From positions 102,982,001-103,046,000 of the forward strand of contig OZ024742.1 in the NCBI GenBank assembly GCA_964016885.1: a DNA stretch of 64,000 nucleotides, read 5' to 3'. The translations under genes were made by a program, and so were the position numbers. Under the pieces are notes generated by a model that ran no database searches, was not told the origin of the DNA, and saw only the letters and a list, made by a program, of their open reading frames with translations. Shown here in pieces: positions 27,330 through 40,429 of this stretch (within the stretch, counting starts at the first letter, position 1; each line of letters begins with the position of its first letter). The DNA comes from Eledone cirrhosa (lineage: Eukaryota).

Positions 27330-29997
27330 GTACTGTGAATCAGTCACCGTGCACAACAAAGCCAATGACCTAATAGTAGTTGGATCGATAGGCCACCCCA
27401 AACACCCATACTGCGCTTTAAAGAATGCCTCAACAGCATTAAGTGCTTTATTCAACAGTGCCATTCTGGTAACATATTCATGATGGGTGGCTTTAATCTA
27501 CCCTGTGTTGATTGGTCTACAAACAGTTTGAAACCAGGCACTCCCACCTCAACTGCTGACATAGAAGCAGTAGAGTCATTTCTCGACTTTATGAATGAGT
27601 TTTTCGTGTCCCAACTTGTCCTTGCACCAAGATATCAGAACATTTTGGACCTAATGTTTAGTAACCACACTAACACTATACATAATATTACAGTAGAAAA
27701 AACCCTTCTCTCAGATCATGGCATGGTTCTTTGTAACCTGAGATTCCACCAGCCGAAAGCTAATCCTAGGGATCTCTTTCCAGCCCACCTATTTGATAAC
27801 ATGGATCTCTATAATGCCAACTGGGATGCAATCATGAATGAGTTATCACATGTTGACTGATCTTTTACACACGTACACATCTCCACCAACATCAAAACAT
27901 CTTGGCAGATCTTTGTAGACACTGTCACAAGTATATGTACAAAACACACCCCACCAAGACCTGTGACTAAAACTAAGTGCAGAATCCCTCAAAACAGAAA
28001 AACTATTATCAGAAAAATAAAAAGAACAAACAAAAGAATTATCAAACTAAAATACTGCCAATAGCAACACACACATTCGGCTGCTATCGCACTGCTCGAA
28101 TCAAAGAAATATAGCCTCCAACAATGCATGAAGACCACCATCAATAACCGAAGAACAGCTGAGGAGAAATGGGCGAAAGAAACACATGGTCACTGTCTCC
28201 ACTGTTGGCCCTCTAATTAATGAAAACGGCACTCTCTAAGATAATGCCAAAACTATGGGTGAGATACTGCAGAAACAATACTGCTCTGTTTTCAGCAATC
28301 CTGATATGGTCGATCTGGGCTGTATCAGTGATGTTAATCTCCGACACACTATATCGGACATAACGTTTGGCGCTCCTAGCGGCAATAAACGAAATTAAAC
28401 ACAATTCAGCAGTAGACCCCCGATAGGTTCCCTGCTTGTGCTCTGAAGATGTGTCGACACAACTTGCATTTCTTCTTGCTCATCTGTGGAGGAACTCACT
28501 GGATGCTGGCTATATTCCTGAAAACTTTTTGTCCTAGTCTGTTGTCCCAGTTTTCAAAAAAGGAAACAAGTCCCTTGACTACCGTCCGATCGCACTCACC
28601 TCTCATATCATCAAGGTATTTGAGAGGGTTGTGAGATCATGAATATCCCACTTTCTTGAAAGCAACAGACTACTGAACTCCAACCATCATGGGTTCCGTA
28701 ATGGAAGGGACTGCCTAACGCAGCTCCTGCATCACTTTGATGACATTTTGAGAGCATTGGGACAAGGCTCCAACACTGATGTCATCTACTTTGATTTCAG
28801 CAAGGCCTTTGTCAGGGTTGATTACAAGATTCTATTGAAAAAACTATCCAACATTGGTGTCTTTGGAAAGTTACTGCAATGGATCAAGTGTTTCCTGACA
28901 GACAGAGCCCAACATGTTGTAGTCGAAGGAGTAAAATCAATTCCAGCTAAAGTCAGTAGTGGCGTTCCGAAAGGCACTATGTTGGGCCCACTTCTTTTCA
29001 TCATCTACATTAATGACATTACTGACATCATCAAGCACAGCAACATGAGAATCTTTGCAGATGATTCCAAGCTCCAGATGGTCATCAATGAAGTGGGTGA
29101 CTGGACATGCCTTCAGTCAGACCTACTGGCTACTATCCAATGGGTGAAAAGAACAATATGTTACTGAACGAGGATAAATTTGTGTTAATCCACTTTGGAA
29201 AAGAGAATGCCCTGAAACTCCCATACTCCCTTCCTTCAGGTGAAACTCTCATGGCATCCAACAACATCAGAGGCTTGGGAGTAATTGAGGACAACATAAG
29301 CTGAGCCACTCATATAAACAGCAAAGTTGACATGGTCCGTAGAATGTGTTCCTGGATTCTCAGAACTTTCCAGTCGAGAGATATCCACACCATTATCCTT
29401 CTCTTCTCCACTTTTTCCCACACCCCACCTTGAATACTGTTGTCCACTGTGGTCTCCCCACACGAAACAAAGTATCATGAAAGTTGAAGCACCCCAAAGG
29501 TCAATTACAAAAAAGATAGATGGCATGATAGGCCTTGACTATTGGGGTTGACTAGAAAAGCTCAAACTTTATTCTTTCCAACGTCACTGTGAGCGCTACA
29601 ACATCTGCATGATGTGAAAAATATTCCATTGCCCAAATGATGTTGGCATCACCTTTAAAGTACACCAAAAGCTTGGGCACTATGCTATCCGACCACAACA
29701 CAAATCACTCTCGCATCTCATAACAACAATACGGCACAATTATTTCACCTCAATTGGCCCCGCTCTCTTTAACATTACACCAAAAACACATTAAAACAGA
29801 AACAGACCTCATAAAGTTTAAGAAATCTTTGGACAAATTCCTTCAAGAAATCCCGGATATGTCTCCGTAAATAAAAACTTACTACTTGAGTGGGCCATGG
29901 TATCCAAATCCTGATTTGAAAGACTTCGCCGGGTGGTGCTATTAAGTTAGACATGTACTGGGCCAATACTGGCCGAAAACTATTAAAGTTGTCAAGT
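27330..29997 (+). mobile_element. CR1-group LINE, decayed (APE endonuclease and RT), many stops and frameshifts
   Basis: MGGFNLPCVDW, NILDLMFSN (EN); YFDFSKAF, GVPKGTMLGP, IFADD (RT); PHLEYCCPLWSP; the 3' end recurs on - at ~37945-38020. Confidence 0.9.
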
Positions 29998-30048
29998 ATA
30001 TATATATAATCAATATATATATATATATATATATAATCAATATATATA

Positions 30049-30107
30049 TACATTGAGTTCTTCATACGTCTTAGACCCTACCATTAATTGGTGGATTTAT
30101 CTGTGTG

Positions 30108-30157
<50 letters not shown>

Positions 30158-30210
30158 GATAAATCCACCAATTAATGGTAGGGTCTAAGCTGTATGAAGA
30201 ACTCAATGTA
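30049..30210. repeat. Inverted repeat (~65-bp arms) around a (TA)n spacer
   Basis: cattgagttcttcatac.tcttagaccctaccattaattggtggatttatctgtgtgtgt / reverse complement at 30149-30210. Confidence 0.8.
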
Positions 30211-30512
30211 ATCCGTATGTAGAAGATGTCGTGAAGCAAAGTTTAAAATACAAAATTTCAACGATATAATTCATTGAATACAGAGTCAAAAATACAAATA
30301 GTGAAAACAATGAAATTAAACAAAAAACGGTTAATTCATAGTAAAACTCATTATTTTACGATCGTTTCTGGGGGGTAGTTCACCGTATGTCCATTCTATT
30401 ATGTCAGATGTAAAATATATTACAAATTATCATAGTAAGAAAATATACATACCTCTTCACTACCCGCCGTCTTCAGATATTATTATTGGCAACATGACCC
30501 TCCCAAAGCATC

Positions 30513-30551
<39 letters not shown>

Positions 30552-30716
30552 AATTTATATCTAGTAACATATATATACATACAAATGCATATCGATGCTA
30601 GCAAATATATAGGTTTTGTCTTAATAACATTGTGGTTCAATGCATGGGGTTGCAGAACAATAATATAAGAGACGTAAAATAAGAAAATTATAAAATTAAC
30701 TTACTTACTAAAATAT

Positions 30717-30800
30717 CACTTCCAACTAATTAGTTTCTGGAATAGAGTAGATACATCTTCCGAAGAAGGTGTAAAGAAACATCCCGTCATCAGGAAAGTC
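30717..30800 (-). ncRNA. Type I hammerhead ribozyme (family F, left arm)
   Basis: Reverse complement of 31188-31270 with a few substitutions. Confidence 0.75.
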
Positions 30801-31187
30801 AATTCTCATATAAGTTCCAGGCAAAGCGAGGACACTGGAAGCTTATTAAAAATAAATCAGTGAATAGGAAATAGCAAAGCGTGGACTTACTTCCTAGCCA
30901 TTGAGAAAATCACTGCCTCTGTGTCTGTGGCAAATTCAAAAAGAATCGAACACGTGACATCGAGGTCAATCGGTGGAAAGTGGGTTGTTAATAAGACAGC
31001 GGCTAGCCTGCTACCGTAGCAGCAGTCTTGGCCAGTATTGCTCGACAAATATTTTGGAGATAATAATAAAGAATTTATATCTAGGAACATATATATACAT
31101 ACAGATGCATATCGATGCTAGCAAATATATAGGTTTTGTCTTAATAACATTGTGTCCTCGCTTTGCCTGGAACTTATATGAGAATTG

Positions 31188-31270
31188 ACTTTCCTGATGA
31201 CGGGATGTTTCTCTACACCTTCTTCGGAAGATGTATCTACTCCATTCCAGAAACTAATTAGTTGGAAGTG
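31188..31270 (+). ncRNA. Type I hammerhead ribozyme (family F, right arm)
   Basis: ACUUUC-CUGAUGA-cGGGAUG...UACAcCUUC-UUCG-GAAGaUGUA...CAUUCCa-GAAAC-UAAUUA-GUU^GGAAGU. Confidence 0.8.
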
Positions 31271-31819
31271 ATATTTTAGTAAGTAAGTTAATTTTATAAT
31301 TTTCTTATCTTACGTCTCTTATATTATTGTTCTGCAACCCCATGCATTGAACCACAATGTTATTAAGACAAAACCTATATATTTGCTAGCATCGATATGC
31401 ATTTGTATGTATATATATGTTACTAGATATAAATTCTTTATAATTATCTCCAAAATATTTGTCGAGCAATACTGGCCATGACTGCTGCTACGGTAGCAGG
31501 CTAGCCGCTGTCTTATTAACAACCCACTTTCCACCGATTGACCTCGATGTCACGTGTTCGATTCTTTTTGAATTTGCCACAGACACAGAGGCAGTGATTT
31601 TCTCAATGGCTAGGAAGTAAGTCCACGCTTTGCTATTTCCTATTCACTGATTTATTTTTAATAAGCTTCCAGTGTCCTCGCTTTGCCTGTCAAGCTATTT
31701 AAACGTAATGTTATTACTCTAAAGACCTACCCCCCATTGAGTGCTTTGCTACTCATTCCTTATTGTAGGTCGACTTTGCTTGGCTACAGCCAAGGCTTCG
31801 ATTTTACTAAGCGTCCACT

Positions 31820-31855
<36 letters not shown>

Positions 31856-32208
31856 GAAAAATTGAACAGGGACAGAACAGAGAGGCAGTACGATACAGAC
31901 AATGTATGTATTGAGTGAAGTGAAGCGTGACGTTAGTATACACAACGGGTTATTTTTATTTTTATTTCATCCTCGTATGTGTGGTGGCAGTAGATGTATT
32001 ACTCATGACAGGCCTGGACATGTAAATTGCTGTTGTTTTGCTTTGCTAATTCCTGCCTGTCCCAAACCCTCGTTGCTTGCATGAAACAAAACCACCAATT
32101 TTAAATAGTTCCTATTTTAATTAAAATATGATATATAAACACCATATATTAAGTCACTATCCAGAGCTTCCGTTACGCTTTTGGGATAAGATGGTGCTTC
32201 GGTATATA

Positions 32209-32366
32209 CAGTGAAATTCTGATGTAACGAAATTCACGGGGTATTGAAAAGATTCGTAGTAACGAAAAATTCTTTATAACGAGATTAACCTAGCAAATCG
32301 AGCTTGTGGCCAGAGATTGAACATTTTTTCATTATAATGGTATTCGTTCTAACGGAATTTTACCTG
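32209..32366. mobile_element. pogo/Tigger-type MITE
   Basis: TA|cagtgaaattctgatgtaacgaa ... ttcgttctaacggaattttacctg|TA. Confidence 0.65.
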
Positions 32367-32379
32367 TATACTACTCATG

Positions 32380-33170
32380 GATTGGCAATATCGGTAGAGG
32401 GTTGGACACTATGCTTTCCAGCATAGAGTTACGTCTCTTTACACTGGGTTCAAATCCCGCTGAGGTTAACTTTTCCTTTCATCTTTACGGGATCGATAAA
32501 ATAAAGTACCTGTAATGCACTGGAATAATTGCTGTTCTTGCGCCAAAAGTAGAAACAATTATTATTATTAAGGTCGGACGCCATGCTTTGACGTATAGAG
32601 TTACGGCCCTTGCCATTCTGAGTTCAAATCCCGCCAAGGTTAACTTTGCCTTTCATCCTTACGGGGTCGATAAAATACCAGTAATGCACTGGATATTTGC
32701 TGGCCTTGTGCCTAACATAGAAACAATTATTATTAGCGCACGCTTCTTTTTTTTATCACCAATATGAGACTAAGAAAGACATTAAAAACATGATTATACT
32801 AACATATTTAGAGTCATTAGAAAATCTGTGTAGTAAAACCAAAGCACATATTGAAACAAATTATTAAAGGGACTTAAGCCGGAAGGTTTGCTATTTTAGT
32901 AATGAAATAATTGATAACTTTAGTAAATCTCTCAACATTCTTAGTGAATTAAATGAAATGCAGTTGGCAGTATCGGTAGAGCGTTTGACAACATGCTGTA
33001 TGGCATAGGATTACGGCCCTTTACTATCTGAGTTCAAATCCTGCCGAAGTTAGCTTTGCCTTTCATCCTTACGGGGTCGATAAAATAAAGAACCAGTAAT
33101 ACACTGGGTCTATTTAATCGACCCCCCCCCCAAAAAAAAAAATGTGTAGCCTATGCCTATAGTAGAAATC
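32380..33170 (+). mobile_element. Three SINE copies
   Basis: Core gttcaaatccc..Raggttaactttgcctttcatcctt repeated; more copies at 33570-33900 (+), 34410-34830 (-), 36370-36490 (-) and 39310-39480 (-). Confidence 0.75.
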
Positions 33171-34859
33171 ATTATTGATATGGTGATGGAAGGGTTAAAG
33201 AATATAAAAAAGGCGGTTAGAACGTTCTCGATGTAGGCTTGCCTGTGGTTAACCCCCCCCCCCCCCCCCTCCACGAATATTGAAAAGCTAAGTAAACCCT
33301 GAATGGGGTAGACTCTGCACTTGGGCTGGACACTATATCTCAGCTGCACCCCTCGGACAAGTGGGCGAAAGTATTACCGTGAAGAACAGCCAGCGACACC
33401 TGTTGCACGAGCCATTCCACCTCACGTGGCAAACACTACACCTTTGGCTGGACTGTATATCTCAGTTGCCCTCCACCTCACCCACCCCAGAAAAAAAAAC
33501 AACGACACTCGATGCATCAGCTAATTGAACTCCAATTATTGAGGAATGAGACTACTACCAACCGTTTTACAGGCCTTAGACTTCTGAGTTTAAATTCCGC
33601 CAGGATCAACTTTACTTTTTTATCCTTCCGGTTAGAAGGAACAATAAAATTAAGTCCCAGTCAAATACTGAGTTCAACATAATCGGCTTATCCCAGACCT
33701 CACAAATTTCTGGCCTTATGTCTAGATTAGAAATAATTATCATTTATTTATTTATTCATAATGACATGCATCTGAATGAGAGAATAACAATATGCCGAGG
33801 TTAACTTTGCCTTTCATCCTTACGGGGTCGATAAAATAAAGTACCAGTAATGCACTGAGTTATTGCTGGCCTTGTGCCAAAAGTAGAAACAATTATTATT
33901 ACTGCTATTTCTGTAGGGCATGTCTGGACACGATAATAGCCTGCCACTTAAGCCACTGACCATTAAAGCTTTTAACCTTTGACCTCACTAAACACTATTG
34001 CTATTGCTACAACAGCTGTTATATATCATCAACAACAACACTACTACCATTACTATGTTTGACCTTAGGTCAAACGTGATTGAACAAACCAATGATGAAA
34101 GGCTTTCCAGCCATGACCATCTAGTCTGTTTCCTACGTATAAAGAAACCATGGTTATATTATCAAACGTTTCCTTTTTTTTTTTTTAAGAGTAGGAAGTG
34201 ATTTGAGCGAAATTTGGCTGCTACTTCTGACAGGTTGAACGATCACGTAGGTGTTCTCTAGTTGGCTTTACTACTCCGTAGTTTGAATGGTGTGTATGCG
34301 CGTGTTGCTGATGCTAGTGAGGCGACAACATGTGTGTGTGTGCGTGTGCGTACGTGCATGCGTGTGTATGTGCGTATTGTTTATCTGTATATCTCTATCG
34401 ATATAAATTAATTGTTTCTACTTTTGGCACAAGGCCAGCAATTACCCAGTGTATTACTGGTACTTTATTTTATCAACCCCATAAGGATGAAAGGCAAAGT
34501 TAACCTCGGCGGGATTTGAACTCAGAATGGCAAGGGCCGTAACTCTATGCGTCAAAGCATGGCGTCCGACCCTCTACCGATACTGCCAATCCACTGGCCA
34601 TTTATATCTATCGATATAAATTAATTTATATCTATCGATATAAATTAATGTTTGTTTTTTATTCTTTTTCGCCTTGATTATATATTTTTGTGTATTAAAT
34701 AAATATATACATATATATTAGGTTTGAACATACTTGTTTCTACTTTAGGCACAAGGCCAGCAATTACCCAGTGCATTATTGGTACTTTATTTTATCGACC
34801 ACGTAAGGATGAAAGGCAAAGTCAACTAATGGAATCATATTCCAAATGTCACTGGCTCC

Positions 34860-35165
34860 GTCTTTCTCGCCATCCTCATCTCTCACTATTATAAGCAAAT
34901 GGGGGCCCATGCGTTGGCCACTCCGCGGCCCCGGCCCCGGCGGTCAGAATAGAGACGGCGTTTCCCCGGTGCATGATGAGGGAGACGCATTGGAAGAGCC
35001 ATTTCAGCTCGCAAGGCTCACACATGCGGGTAGCCAACCCCGTGCCGATAGTGATGAGTAGGGAGGTGGTCCTAGGGTCAAGGATACCAGAAGTCGCCAC
35101 TGCTACGGGCTCGACCGCACACCTGTCGGTGAGCGGTCGATATATGAATGTGATTGTATTTGCTT
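34860..35165 (-). mobile_element. CRE-like 3' fragment
   Basis: YRPLTDRCAVEPVAVATSGILDPRTTSLL...CELKWLFQCVSLIMHRGNA. Confidence 0.8.
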
Positions 35166-35419
35166 GGATTGGTGGTGAGGGTGGAGTGTAGTCGTTGACA
35201 AAAATAAACAAAAACAAACTTAAATACCATTTTTTAAATGTGAGGAGTCCGAAACGCAGAAAATAACTAATAACTGTCGATCACTATAGATAATTTACCC
35301 AATGTTCTGAACTATTATCTATAGTGGTCGAGTGTAATCACAGTTATTTTCTGCATTTAGGACGCTCACATTTTCAAATTTCAAACACTAGTGCTTCGAC
35401 AAGTTCGGCCAGCACTCTC

Positions 35420-36000
35420 TGTCTTGTCGTCAGAACGCAGGCGGGTTTCCCCGACACGCCGCTATCAACGACATATTGAGAAAAAGCCTAGACGCAGCTG
35501 GCTTTCCATCTCAACTGGAGCCACCGCGGCCTAGACCGCAGAGATGTCAAGTGCTCCGACGGAATCACCCTCTTCCCATTCGAAGGACGTAGATCCCTCA
35601 TCTGGGACGCCACCTGCTGCGACAGGTTCTACGCCTCCAAAAAGTCGCTTCGGTCACAAACCCCTGCATCGCAGAAGAACGTAAAATAAACCAATACCGG
35701 GGTTTGTCCGGTCGCCGTCGAGACCTCAGGCGTTCTTGGATCCCGTACTGTCGAGCTCCTCCGCAAGATCAGAGCGTCGGTGACCTGTCTGAAGAGGGAG
35801 CCCCGCAAGGCTGGATGGCTGTTGCTGCGTGTGTCACTGGCCATCGTCCGGAGGAATGCTTTTGCCGTCTTGTCCGCGGAGCACAGCACTTCTGCCCTCT
35901 TACCCTAGGCCCAAAACCCAAACACCCCCTTCACCCTTCTCCTCTCTTCTGCGACACCAGAACTCTTGCCATCTCCTCCTTTTCCCGATTTTTTTCTTCT
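35420..36000 (+). mobile_element. CRE-like RLE fragment (family B)
   Basis: LSCRQNAGGFPRHAAINDILRKSLDAAGFPSQLEP...DGITLFPFEGRRSLIWDATCCD; same tail as 18672-19200. Confidence 0.8.
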
Positions 36001-37162
36001 CTCTTTCTCTCCTCTTTTTTTCTTTCTATATTTCCCTATTCTTTCTTTCCTTATATTTCCTCTTCATTTTTGTTATTTCTATATTGAAAATAAACATGTA
36101 TATTGCCAACAAAAGAGAGTTATGCCAAACAAATAAGAAAAAAAATTCATAAAGGTTATTTAAATACTAGTTGTTTAAGCACACGTTTGCTTCAAGGAAA
36201 TCTATGATCAAACTATCAAAAGCATTCTACTTGCGACCATTTGTTCAAATTTTAATATATTAATATATCTACATTTTCGAATGTTGTTTTGAGAGTAATT
36301 TGGCTGCTATTTCTAGCAGGTCGAGTGACCACGTACACGTTTGCGGTAGTCGAATCACTCAAGAATGTTTTCTTTTAGGCACAAGGCTAGCAATTTCTAG
36401 ATAGAGGCAAAGTCGATTAAATCAACCCCAGTACTTTATTTTATCGACCCCGGAATGATATACGGCAAAGTTGACTGCGACTGGATTTCAAATCATCGCT
36501 AATCGCCCCCTTTCACAACATGCGCTCCCTACCCCGAGAACAAATAAACAATGAGAGGCATTAATGTTACAACATCCCGTTAGTAGTTCTGTGTGTGTAT
36601 ATGTTTTTTAAAAATATATTACGTTTCTGTATGTGTGTGTTTTGTTTATATAAACGTATGTGCATTTGGGTCAGTCTCCTATCACTTCTATACGTCTTAG
36701 CTTCTTATGTAACATGTGTATATCCGTGTTCGTATGTTCGTTCACCTTTCTTTTAAACAGCTGATTGAAGTGCTATTTTATATATATGTATGTGTATATG
36801 TGTGTCTATTAGTTAACTGACCTACCTATCAGCTGCTTATATGTGTATGAGGGAGCGATGCATATTCAATGGAATCGCTTATTGTGATCAGCCTGTCATA
36901 AAACTTTTTTCGATAACAATAACCGGCTGGCAATAAAGAGTTTGGGACCCGCTAATTTTGATAACAACAACAACAACCGTGATGTTAATAAGTGACCCGT
37001 ACTGTGCGTATATGAGGGGTGTGTGTGTGTGTGTGTGTGTGTGTATACACACGTTTCTTATATAATAATAATAATAATGAAATTATTGTGTAAAGTGCTC
37101 AGGTGCACTACAACCCGTCAATATAGTACATAGAATAATACACAAATGCCAGGGAAGTACAT

Positions 37163-37253
<91 letters not shown>

Positions 37254-37660
37254 GAAAAGTATAGAAATTATTATGAGCAAGAAGCACACAGTATTCCATA
37301 ATATATAAGTGGCTATAGCGTCAACATGGGAAAATAGTTAACGTAAGATATGGGGAAAATAATTCAAACTGAATTCAAAAAGAATCAGGATATAGATTCA
37401 TCCAACAGAATTTAGTGAAATCCAGGGAAAAATCAGTAGAGCCTTAACTCATGATAAAATAAAGTTTAAAATACTCATCCTTCAATTTGGAAAAACTACA
37501 AATGCTCTGTATAGTCTTGAAAAGACTATTTCACGAAACTTTCAGTGGGGATGGTCACGGTTGGACCGATCATTAACAGAGCTCAACACGATAACCAAAA
37601 TCTCACTGATTATAATATGCCAAAAAGGGAATTTAAAAGCAGGCTAGTTCGACATCATGC

Positions 37661-37717
<57 letters not shown>

Positions 37718-37719
<2 letters not shown>

Positions 37720-37900
37720 TTTATCCCGGGTTCAATCGGGGGTAACCACAGTAGGTAAGGTACTCAATACAAAGCTGAGTATAAATATTTAATATAGAAA
37801 AGGCTTCTACAGGACTAGAACTGTTTCATTCAGGAGAAATCATCAGGAAGCCCTGATGATTTCTCCCGAATGAAACAGTTCTAGTCTTTTCTATATTAAA
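37718..37900. mobile_element. Family-A fold-back HHR-like element in (TA)n
   Basis: CTGATGA(37853)-TTTCTCCCGAAT-GAAAC-AGTTCTA-GTC with inverted copy immediately 5'. Confidence 0.7.
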
Positions 37901-38159
37901 TATATATATACTGTTGACTTACACTTTTTGTTTATATATATATTAAAAACTTTGATAACTTTGATAGGTTTCGGCCAGTATTGGCCCAGATCATGCCTAT
38001 CTTAATAGCTCCACCTGGTGATACATGTAGTACAGTATATATACATGTATATATTACATGTGTGTGTGTGTTATTGACTTTTCACTTTTCTCTCATTCAA
38101 ACGAGAAATGAGGTAAATGTCCGAACGAAGAAATTGAAATTAAATGCAACTAATAATAA

Positions 38160-38600
38160 CATGAAGGTGGTGGTGGTGGAAGTAGTGGTGGTGGTTGTTG
38201 CAGTGATGGCAGCTGCAGTGATGGTGATGGTTGCAGTGATGGTGGTTGTTGCAGTGATGGCAGCTGCAGTGATGGTGATGGTTGCAGTGATGGTGGTTGT
38301 TGCAGTGATGGTGGTTGCATTGGTGGTGGTGTTGGTGGTTGTGGTGGTGGTGGTGATGGTGGTGGTTGTGGTGGTTGTGGTAGTTGCATTGGTGGTGGTG
38401 GTGGTTGCAGTGATGGTGGTTGCATTGGTGGTGGTGTTGTTGTTTGTGGTGGTGGTGATGGTGGGGGTTGTGGTGGTTGTGGTGGTGGTTGTTGCAGTGA
38501 TGGTGGTTGCATTGGTGGTGGTGTTGGTGGTGGTGGTGGTGGTGGTGATGGTGGTGGTTGTTGCATTGGTGATGGTGGTAGTGGTGGTGATGGTGGTGGT
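38160..38600. repeat. Degenerate (GTG/GTT/ATG) trinucleotide repeat with higher-order units
   Basis: Recurring gttgcagtgatggtggttg blocks. Confidence 0.9.
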
Positions 38601-38659
38601 AGATGTATTGATGTCGCAATGGTAGTAGTGACATGTGGTGCAATATTAATGACAATGAA

Positions 38660-38950
38660 GGCACGTGGCTTAGTGGGTAAGACGTTCAACTCACGATCGT
38701 CAAGTCGTGAGTTCGATTATAAGAGAGGGTGATTCCTTTCATGTTGCAACACTCAACTCAGCTGGTAAAAATGAGTTGTACCTGTAATTCGATGGACCCA
38801 GCATTGTCGCATCCTATGTTATGTTGAATCTTTTAAAACTACGTTAAGGTTACACGTTTATATGAAATGTTCAGCCATTTGCAAGTTAATTTCCCGAGCA
38901 GGCTGTTCTAATTAACTAGAACATTCGTCGTCGGAACCGACGGAGGTCCA
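38660..38950 (+). mobile_element. tRNA-headed SINE (second family)
   Basis: A-box gtggcttagtggg and B-box gagttcgatt; body shared with the 16150, 46930, 53980 and 59500 regions. Confidence 0.65.
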
Positions 38951-40429
38951 ACACACATACATTATTGGTGGTGGTGGTGGTGGTGTGGTAGCGGTGATGT
39001 TGGTATAGTCGTATTAGTGGTAGGAATTATGATGTGTTATTCTTTAGCCCTAAATCAGCCCTGATCAAGAAACCCTGTTGATCAAAGGCTCTCCAGCCGT
39101 TAACATAATGCCTTTCTTTTCCTCTGTCCTGGAAACCCAGGATCACATTACCTAATGTATCCTCTTCTTTTAAAACGATAGGGTGTGATTTGATGGAGAT
39201 GGGGCTGCTATTTTTAGCATGCTGAGAGCCTATAAAAATCTGTTATAATGAGCGAGGGGGGTACATTATTGCTGCTTAAAAATAAAATAAGGATACTTTA
39301 ATTATTGATTTCTAATTTAGGCACAAGGCCAGTAAATGTGTGTGGAAGGGGCGGGGTGATTAAATCAAACCCATTTCTTGATTGATACTTTATTTTATCG
39401 ACCCTTGGCGAAATTTGAACTCAGAATATAAAGAGTCAGAACAAATACAATGCTATTTCATCCGACGCTCTATCAATTCGTTAAAATTCATTGTCATACA
39501 AATTATATCAAATCTTTGTTAACGGAGCTAAGATTTATTCAATTTCTTTTTTTTTTCTTTTCAGTGAGTTTTTAGAAACTTTATGAACGGAGGAGATATC
39601 AACTTTGAGTGGGCGCTTTCTTGCTTTCTTGTTGCCTCCCAATACGTGGGCCGTGAGTAGAGTTTGAGCGTTATTGTTTACTATGTTGAGAGAAAAAGGC
39701 TTTGTCATAAAAGTTGTGCTAAAAAGTTCACCTTTCCACACGACACATGTCGAACTATAATATTCTTTTGATTTACATATTTAACTAACATTCCAAAGTT
39801 TGTTTTGATTGTCAACTAGGAAGTGAGAAAGCTATATATATATATATGTATGTATATGTATGTATGTGTAGATAGATAAATAGAGAGGGGGAGAGAAAGA
39901 GAGAGTGAGAGAGAGCTATATATATATGTAGGTATGTGTAGATAGATAAATAGAGAAAGAGAGAGAGAACGACAGGGAGAACGTGGAAAGACACTAACGC
40001 TCTCATACAATCTCGACCACCAATTCACTGCCAAATAATTTGAATCGGATTAGACAGAGAGAAAGAAAAAACCAAAAAAAAAAAAAGAAAAAATAGAGAA
40101 CATATTTATTTGCCGTTGTGCTGCCAAATGATGCCGAAAGCCACTGATCCGCATCTCCGGTGAAGAAGGTGACAGCAACAGGATAATAACATCGACCCCG
40201 CATCTTCGGTAAAAGAAGGCACTCGAGCCTCAGCATACTGCCTGGCAGTCCGAACTGGTAGCAGTTTCATCTACCACCACCATTAACAAGAGGAAGGCAA
40301 CGACAACAACTGTGACATTAACAACAACAACACATATGTGTATACATCAACATCTCACCAGCAATCTACCATTAACAAAAGGTAGCCAACTCCAGCATCT
40401 GTGACAAGAACAACAACACATATGTTTTC

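Larger units (their letters stand above)
30547..31689. mobile_element. Fold-back dimer of a circularly permuted 520-nt HHR-containing unit (family F; retrozyme/pLTR-like)
   Basis: Direct repeats 520 nt apart in each arm (30551/31071 and 31152/31672); arms are reverse complements with different start points. Confidence 0.8.

Noticed and set aside
37981-38689. 214-aa poly-Val, 174-aa poly-His and 179-aa poly-Pro/Gln ORFs
   Set aside because: All arise from one degenerate GTG-type trinucleotide repeat; there is no unique coding sequence or splice support.
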